Below, in pieces: positions 55,435 through 64,000 of a DNA stretch of 64,000 nt. The position numbers and the translations under genes are program-made. The notes under the pieces were generated by a model that saw nothing but the letters and a program-made list of their open reading frames with translations, searched no databases and was not told the origin of the DNA. The stretch's first letter is position 1, and every line of letters begins with the position of its first letter. Source of the DNA: Chrysomallon squamiferum (taxonomy: Eukaryota; Animalia; Mollusca); NCBI GenBank assembly GCA_012295275.1, contig CM022669.1, forward strand, positions 19,468,001 to 19,532,000, given 5' to 3'.

Positions 55435-58400
55435 GATCTGTGTCTAGTTTACTCTGAGCCATGCCTAATATGTTTTGTTGGGGGAGCACTGCCCTTCTGA
55501 CAGTCTCTTATACACAGTGTGTTAACCTCTGCTGTTTGTTTAATCAAATTTGGGAAGCTTGATAAACACTAAACAAGGCATTGCTGTTCCTTCTTTCCTG
55601 TAGAGCGTATTTTACCGAGCATGTGCATCTTCTCCTTTCATTTTTTTTTAATTTTTTTTAATTTTTTTTAAAGACAAAATGAACAGTAATCATAATTTGT
55701 CATTTAATTGCTTTCTTTTTTTTTTTTTTTCCCTCTTCTAATTTTCTAAAATAAATGCACGCCCAAGGCCGTGCATATTTCATAAGTTTCTATTTATGTG
55801 TACATGAGTGTGTATGATGCTGCCTGCAAATCACTATGCTAAAAAATAAGAAATTATTTTTATTTTAGGCTGTTACAGAATTATAATTATTTTTTTTTTA
55901 TCAGTATTTCCTAACTACCCCCCTGTCTTGAATAAAAATAAAAACAGAAAAAACCCACAAAATTAACGAAATTCAGCAAAAAACAAATGTTAAAAATAAT
56001 TAAAACAACTAAAAGAACCCAATCCTGGTTAATGTTTCTTTGGTTGAAGGAAATATCAAGTATTTCTCAAGGGTTGATATGAAGGTTTCATCTTAAACAA
56101 GTTTCTAGTTTTAAACATTTTAACACTATCATTGAAGTACTTTTTCTTCTTCTACTTCTCTGCAGCAAGTTGCTGAGTGTTTTTTTTTTTTTTTAATAAT
56201 TTTGTCACTCTGCTGTGAAACTGTTAAATGTATTTTAATATTTATGTATTTAAAAAAATAACAAAGTAAAATAAATTAAAAATACAAAAGAAAGATAATG
56301 ATGTCCAATATTACGAAAAAAAAAGCAAAAAAGTTTTTTTTTTTTTTTTTTTTAAAGAAGAATTTATTCCTGTTGATCAATGTCTTTTTTTTCTTTTCTT
56401 TTTTTTCTTAGGTTTTTGGCTCAATGGCTGAAATGTTTACTGTTGATGTATTGTTTTTTTTCAAATTATAGTTTTCTGTTGTATTTCAATTTTTGCCTGT
56501 TGGACAGTTTTTTAATTAGATCCTGCACTTAGCTTGACTTATCTGGTTTTAATGGCACCACATTTAATACATTTGTTATCTTCAAACTGTAATATAGACA
56601 TAATATTTGGTATTTTTTTAATTTTTAATTTATTTTTTTTCATATGGCATATGTAATTCAAAGCTTTAAAATATTAAAACAGTGTCAAGAAAGATTCTGT
56701 TCTTATGAAATGAATGAAAAATTATGATGAATCATTCTTCTGATGGGAAATAAAATATAAATATTGTTGAAATTGGCTCTGTTGACATTATTTTTTAAAG
56801 TTATTAAAATTGTTGGGTTTTTTTGTTCTTTTTTATGTTTGTTAAGCAAAATAAATATTTAATGTAAGCTTATCTCTGAATGATCTTACAAAACAGGTTT
56901 TTAGTATTATATCCAGATAAGTCGGGCAAAACAGAACACAAGTGAAAAATAGCCAATAATTATTTATTTATTTATTCAAGCTTTACGCTGTATTTAGTAA
57001 AATACTTTATATTGTCAGTACATGCACACACCCACTATATGCTGAAAATTGGTCCTAGGTGAAAAATTGTCAAGATATTTGTATTTAGAAAAAAATATTC
57101 ATATTGTTACTACTTGTATACTTCTTTATGGAATGCTCAGTTACTATTTGTTGTTTGAAAAATTGATTTGATATCGAAGACAGAAAGAAAAGAAGAACTG
57201 CTGTATGTTAAGGAGACCTTCACAAACTTTCTTCTTGTTTTGTTAGGTGCCATTGAAAAACTGACTTGATTTTTAAAGTTAATCAGTTAAAAGATTGTAT
57301 GCAAAATCTTTATGCAGTGCCCTAGTTTGTTAAAAAAAAGAAGTAAAAACACAACTAAAGTTACGGGTGCTGCGTTTTGGGTTCTTTTTCTGAAGATCAT
57401 GGTGTTTTAATGTTTATAAAAGATTTTTTTCCTGTAATGTGTAAAATATATATAGTTTATGTATTAAAAATGTTAAAACAGAACACATTTTTGTAGTAAC
57501 ACTTCTTTTGTTTCACATAACAATGACCATAAAGAAGATTAGGTTAGATTTTATTTACCAAATCAAAATATTTATTAAACTGTTTCAGGTAGGAAAGAAA
57601 AAACATCACTGATTCAACAAATTAGATATTATTATTTTTTTTTTTTTTGGTTCTAAGTTATTATCAATACATCAATAATTATCAACAGTGTAAATAACTA
57701 TCAACATGGCTTCATTTAAATAACATCATATATAAATATATCAATTGAATCGAGATATAAATAATAGTTTTTCCTACACTTATATATTTGATATCAAGAA
57801 ACCTTAGATATCAATATTTTTCACAAATACAGTCAGTATTTGAATAATCTTAACTGCTTTGTAAACCAGCAGAAAAATCTTGATTTAAATAATATTATCA
57901 ATCCTACCGAGATTTAAGTATTTTGTTATATTAATGCAAGTTGAAAATTACTTCCTAGCTCATCACAGTATAGATACAATTGTCTTTGAAGCTGTGGTTT
58001 AAATTGATACAGTTTAAATCCATTTTTAATATGGTGTAAATTTAAGTAGCATTTACCAGCAATCTAGTTTTAAATAATATTTATAAAATATCTGAGTTTA
58101 TGAATATATTTCAATTAACATTTACCAACTGACAACATTTAAGTTAACGTTTATCAATAGTCCACATTTAAAATTAACATTATGAACACAGCTCAGAAAA
58201 TTAATAATTATTCAGTTTGCATTAAGATATCATCATACACAATATAACTGCAAAATAAAATTTATAGTCTAGGTTTAAATAATTTCATCAAGGTTGTCTA
58301 GATATTGTGACCACTAGCTAATTCATATAACAGTTCATCTTCATGGCCTAGTTTAAATACTCTTACAGTTTTCTGCACCATAAAATATTACTTCTGAATT

Positions 58401-61135
58401 TTTATATGTTGTTTTACTTTCTTGTCAGAAACTGTAAAGGCATAAAAGGAATGCAAATTTTGATTTAGTTTCATCTTCATAAAGAAACGATCTATCTAAT
58501 TTAATCTTTAAAACATTTTATTAACAGCATTTTTTACATTGTTACACATTTTCCATCTGCAAAATCTAAGAATTCTCTTTAAAAAAAAATAATAATAATA
58601 ATACAAATAATAATAATAATAATAATAGTTTTAATAGTAATAAAATGTAAATTGTAAAAGCATATGTAGAAATCTTACTTTTTGTTTATTCGTATTAGAT
58701 TAATCTCTTTATATTGTAATTTTGGTTTAAATTTGATAGCAACAGATTTCTCTGAAATTCAGATTTATGAATTGTACAAAAGATTTAGTGTTTTTGTTAT
58801 TAGTCTGATAGTGTATAATGTTTTAGGTTTACATCATGAGAATTTGTATTTATTTATGAATCTAAATATGTTTATGTAGCAAAATCCTGTTTTATAAGCA
58901 CTAATCAACAGATGTAGTTTTACACTTTATTTTATTAACATAATAAAAAACAAAAGTAATGATTTACTTTTATTAAATAACAAAATGTTATGTTACATAT
59001 ATAGCATCAGATTTTATAACAACAGAATATCATATTTTAAATTTATTTTTTAATTATGTTTTATTTATTTATTTATTTTATTATTATTTTTTTTAAATAA
59101 AATATTCACCAAGTTTTATGGCAGCTGAGGCTTATTTGGTGGCATTTTGCTCTTCAGAAATTAATTTCAATATTTCAGTTTCTTACTTTTTAAAAGTTAT
59201 GAATGAAAATTTTGTTTCTTAATGTAATAGTTTACTTAGCTTCCACATAAACAATTTGCACAGGGATCTGGAGTTTTAGATTCCCCTGCTTTACTAACTG
59301 TCTTAGTTACTGGTATTAGTAGTGGGTATTTCAAACACTATTCTGTATAATGTATAAATAAATTTTATTTATTTCCATCAATTCAAGAAAAAGAAAAAAG
59401 GTATTAATTTAAAATCAAAGTTATTGAAAACAATATCTCATGCTTTTATTTTTTGTTTTTTCAGTGATATTTCATTAATTCATTACCTTCATGCCAGTCA
59501 CCTCATTCTAATACAAGTATAAAATAAAATGTTTGTGTAAATAAAATTTAATTTTATGTAATGTTAATAACAATAAATTCAACAGTTTGGATGAAAATAT
59601 TTGTTTAAATCCTCAGTGAAATATTTTTATTAACAATTTTGTTCAGTTTGCAGATATATCTTTCAAGCTTTTTTATTTTTATTCTTACTTTTTTTTTCTT
59701 ATTATTTATTTATTTATTTATTTATTTTATGCTGGCTTTTATTATTTTGGTTCCTATGCATTTATTTATGTTCTTTAATGAAGAAAACTATGTGAATGTA
59801 TTACCTCTTAACTGTATTATAACCTTGATACATTGTTTCACTACAAAAGACGTGTGTTGTTCCTTAACAAAATATAAATTGTAATCCTTACAAAAATATT
59901 AATCTGTTACAGATTTATAAATTGTTTCCTTGTCTTTTCCTTTTCCATTATTTTTTCCTCTATTTTTTTTTCTCTCTTCTGTTGTTTATTTTAAATTTTG
60001 TTTAATAAAATCTTCATTGTTTATTGATATCTTTCAGAATCATGATTGATTGACTGTATTTGCTATATGATTGTGAAAGACTTTTTACTTGGATATTAAA
60101 ATGTGTTAACTAAGAAACCAGCGCATTTATTTTTATTACTATTATTATTATTATTAATCCTTTAACTAGGGCAAAATTTGACAGGAATACAAGCAACCCT
60201 TCACCGAAAAAAAAGGTTTTTTTTGAATATTTTTAATATATATATATAATATTGTAAAAGAATTGATTACAGCACACTGCAAATACAACAAAGGTTTTTT
60301 CTATTTTACTGCTTTATTACAAACTATATATATAAAACCCTTGATAATACCAGTAGTTATTAAATAAACTGTAATTAGAAGAAACAGAAGAAGAAGAAAG
60401 AAAGAAAAAGAAAGAAAAAAAAAAAAAAAAAATGTTATCCGAGTTCTGATTGGCCATGAAGAAAAACGAAACTGTTAATTGGTACACAATGAAAATTTTG
60501 TTCAAACAGGACTTATATCTTGGCTATAAATCTAACACAGAAAGAAAGAAAAAAGAAAAAATTTATATTTATGAATCTACATTTAGAAATTAATACGATG
60601 TCAAAAATATGCATGACTGCCTGTGTTCTTTATGTATTCACAATATAAATAAAATGAGGAATGCATCTGAAATAGCTTTAACACAATAATAAATAAAAAC
60701 TAACTAAAAACTTTGCTTTCAGAATTCAATAAGCTATTAGTTATTTATTTTACTGTTTTATTTATTTGGTGTTTTATAATGTTTTTAAAAAAAAATGTAT
60801 TCCTTAAAGCGAACTTCGCGCTGAATATAAATAATTCATTTTTTTATTTTTTATTTTTATGATGATAATGATGATGATAAATGAATTAAATATATAAAAA
60901 AAAAATGGAATTCTTTTTTAGTGTTATTACCTTTGAGTGGTTAACTTTGTTTTAAGCATACTTTAAATAAATTAATTATTACGTGAGAATCAATGTTGAC
61001 AGTAACATTTTCGATACTGTAATGACAGTGTACTGTATATGTATGTACTATGAGTTATATAGAGCCTGCTTCAAGTGAAATTAAACACAATGGAATTTTC
61101 GATTCCCGTTTTTAATTAATTAATTAATTTATTGG

Positions 61136-61176
<41 letters not shown>

Positions 61177-63041
61177 GATTTTATTTTATATTTTATTTAG
61201 CGACATGGTTTCATTTTCAAAAACATTTTATTTTATTATTAAAGAAAACATTTGATATCGAATCCAACATTTAAAACAAGCAAATCAACAAAAAATAATA
61301 ATAAAGAAACAAACAAATAACGAAATAATATGTCTTTTGTGAAGTTTTGTTTTATTTATTGTTGTTTTTATTAGTTTAAACGTTTGTTTAGCTTTTTAAG
61401 ACGGAAAATCTATCAGTTAGTTGGAAACATACTACTTGTTCCCAGTCTACGTTTCGACCGGTCACAATACCGGTAGTAGAGGAAATAATATAATATTTTA
61501 TAGTAATAGGTTGACCTACATTTAAAAAAATTAATAATAAAACTAAAGCCAACCAAACAAACACGCAAATAAACAAATATAAATTTAATGCATTTTGCTT
61601 GTAACAATTTGTAATAGTCCAGTCGAAAATGTAAATTAACTAGCTAAAGCTGTATAAGTTCCGAGATCAAAGTATGCTTATAATACGTGCGTAGTTAATC
61701 GGCGACTACTTTCTATACTGAACAAAAAATGTTAGGGACAAAAAGAAATGCTTTAATATGTTAAACGTCGAATATGAATCACTGACATTGTATTTTATTT
61801 ATTTATAGATAAAATGTATTGTCAGTCAAAAATTTCATTAACCTTTCATTAAACGCAAGGTGAAAAAAAAAAAAAAAAATAATAATAATAATAATAAAAA
61901 AAAAAAAAAAAAAACGCAGCCCCCCACTATTCCATGGTACCTAAACTTTTTTGTTCAGTGGATAAAAAATATTTTTAATAATAAACTGACCGTTTTACGA
62001 ATGAAATGGAAACAGGTCAAGTGTCGCTTATTAGTTTACAACAGAGCTAGATGATATTTCATAAAAGTAATATCAGTCAGGTTATTCTTTTCTTTCTTTT
62101 TTTTGTTTCTTCTTCCTTTTTCTGGCGCCGAATTTTTTTATATCATACAAAGTATATAAATATTGTCTGCTTTGAATACTTACCTATGTGAAAACATAGG
62201 TTCTCTAAGTTAAATCTAACTATTAACGAATCTTTAAATCAGTTAAAAAAAAATATAATAATAATAAAAAGTTAGTCGTACATATATTAAAATTAATATA
62301 TCTACACAACTGCAAATTAATTCAAATAAACACGATTATCACTTTCATGTCATGCTTTGCTGATTATAAATGCATACAGATCGGTGAAGCATATCAAAAA
62401 CATTCAAATGTTAGTTTCAGTTGTATGTGGTGCACTGAATTTATCTGCTGCGTAATTTATAATTCTTCTTTTTATATCAAAATCACCATCTTAAACATCA
62501 CCACTGGAAGATATAATTATGTACAAAAATCAACAGAAGCGGAATGCAGTAATGTTTGGCAGGTAGTTTTTGTAATACAAACCTTTACGAACGGCTCACT
62601 TTAAAAATAATTATTTGATATATCTCCACAGAAAGGACACTGAAATGTAACATTGATTCGTTCAATTTATAAATTAGCAACATTAATTTTTTTTTTTTTT
62701 TTTTTAAAAGTCGAAAAAAAGGTGAGTATCAAATTATTTTATTGTGACTGTCACTGTGTGTCACACAAATATGTATGTATGTGTGTTTTCAAACACATTT
62801 GTTTGTTTATTGATTTAAACTTCTTGGCTTGGTCACGTCGCGTTTTCCTTTGAATGTGGGTTATATACTCATTACACATTTTAACGCAACACCTGAACAT
62901 TTTATTTCCTAATAGGAAATATCATGACTAACTAATTGCTTGTATAAACAATATTTATTTTATTTTGTTTTCAGCTTCCTGTTTTTTTAAATTTTATTTT
63001 TTTTTTTTTTTACACGCACAACACTCAAACACACACGCGCG

Positions 63042-63086
<45 letters not shown>

Positions 63087-64000
63087 TCATGCATATATAC
63101 AGCGCTACCTATACATATTAGAAATTAAATGGTTTTTAATATCCTTGTCAAAAATAAAAGAAAATTCGTACAGGTTAACGTAACGGCAGGAAAAATTAGA
63201 AAGAAAAGAAGTAATTAAACTATTATACTCAAAATATTTTATCGTATTTTTTTTACATTGCATCAGTTTCCGTGAGCTCATAGCAACATTCGTGCGTTTT
63301 CGGAAAATGACAATGTTTAGATGAAAATAATCACGTGGCAATATAATAAGTCATATGATCAAAACATGGTTGTCAGGCGCGTGACAGTCATGGTGTCATT
63401 TGTTACGAGGAAATTGCTCAAATTTTATGAAAATAACGTTATGTTAATCACGTGCTCCTGCACATGACAACAAACATAATGAACGAGTCTTACTTTAACT
63501 GTACTTTAAATATATGCTGTTTCTTAACTGTGTTAAATAAAATAAAACGGTCTTGAAAAAATCAGTAAAATTAAAAGTAAGAAACTGACCCAACTCAGCG
63601 GGAACCAGGAACGAAGAAGAAGGTAATTATTTATGAGACGTTCATTCTTTTCATTGTTTGTAAATTCTATTACATATGAACAAATATGAAATTAATCAGA
63701 AATGTAGAACAAAATAATCGATGTATGGAGATTAAAATGGTGGATTGAATTACACGTCGATCGTCTTCAGTTTTGTAATGTTTGAGTAAGACAATTCTAA
63801 CTTAAATAAAAAGATGTCTTAATGTTAAAGAGAAACAAAGTTTTTTTCTTCTTCTTTCTTTTTATTATTTTTTTTTTGTTCCTAAAACAAAAATAAGTAA
63901 ACAAATAAAATAGCGAACGAAACAGTTTGATTACATTTGTATATTTAATGTCATTATGGGAAGACAAAAGTAAAGTTGACGTGTTACAAATGTATTCGTC

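Noticed and set aside
55435-60800. Long AT-rich stretch after ARIH1 examined for hidden genes or ncRNAs
   Set aside because: I found no credible exons, tRNA or rRNA motifs, or repeat structure; it is most likely a long 3' UTR plus intergenic DNA.
8163-63341. Dozens of short ORFs rich in poly-I, -N, -Y, -V, -T, ER, LS or HT
   Set aside because: They are translations of (ATT)n, (GA)n, (CA)n, (TA)n and (GTA)n microsatellites in introns or intergenic DNA, with no splice or homology support.

Overview
AT-rich, microsatellite-rich, intron-containing animal genomic DNA; an invertebrate, possibly a mollusc, is my inference and not something I can confirm. From left to right: (1) the last four coding exons of a Pro/Gly/Tyr-rich hnRNP-type gene ending ...QPYHPYRR (DAZAP1/hrp48-like, +); (2) a complete 7-exon 15-hydroxyprostaglandin-dehydrogenase-like SDR (-) ending in a peroxisomal SKL signal; (3) a ~32-kb tandem array of divergent polypeptide GalNAc-transferases (GT27, +), made of one 'A-type' gene, three intact 'B-type' genes, an orphan A-type exon 7 and a truncated B-type unit lacking the TM anchor; (4) a complete 14-exon Ariadne-1 RBR E3 ligase (+), followed by ~8.5 kb of mostly non-coding sequence. 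The GALNT array is the most interesting part. Some exons are homogenised even between anciently diverged paralogues, while the acceptor-binding exon and the lectin-alpha exon are diversifying, and the donor-binding motifs are altered. Splice sites are repeatedly duplicated across the window, including a hairpin minisatellite built from a 3' splice site. A GALNT exon fragment has also been copied into an ARIH1 intron, where it forms a potential in-frame cassette exon. All exon models were spliced and translated by hand, and no database searches were run.
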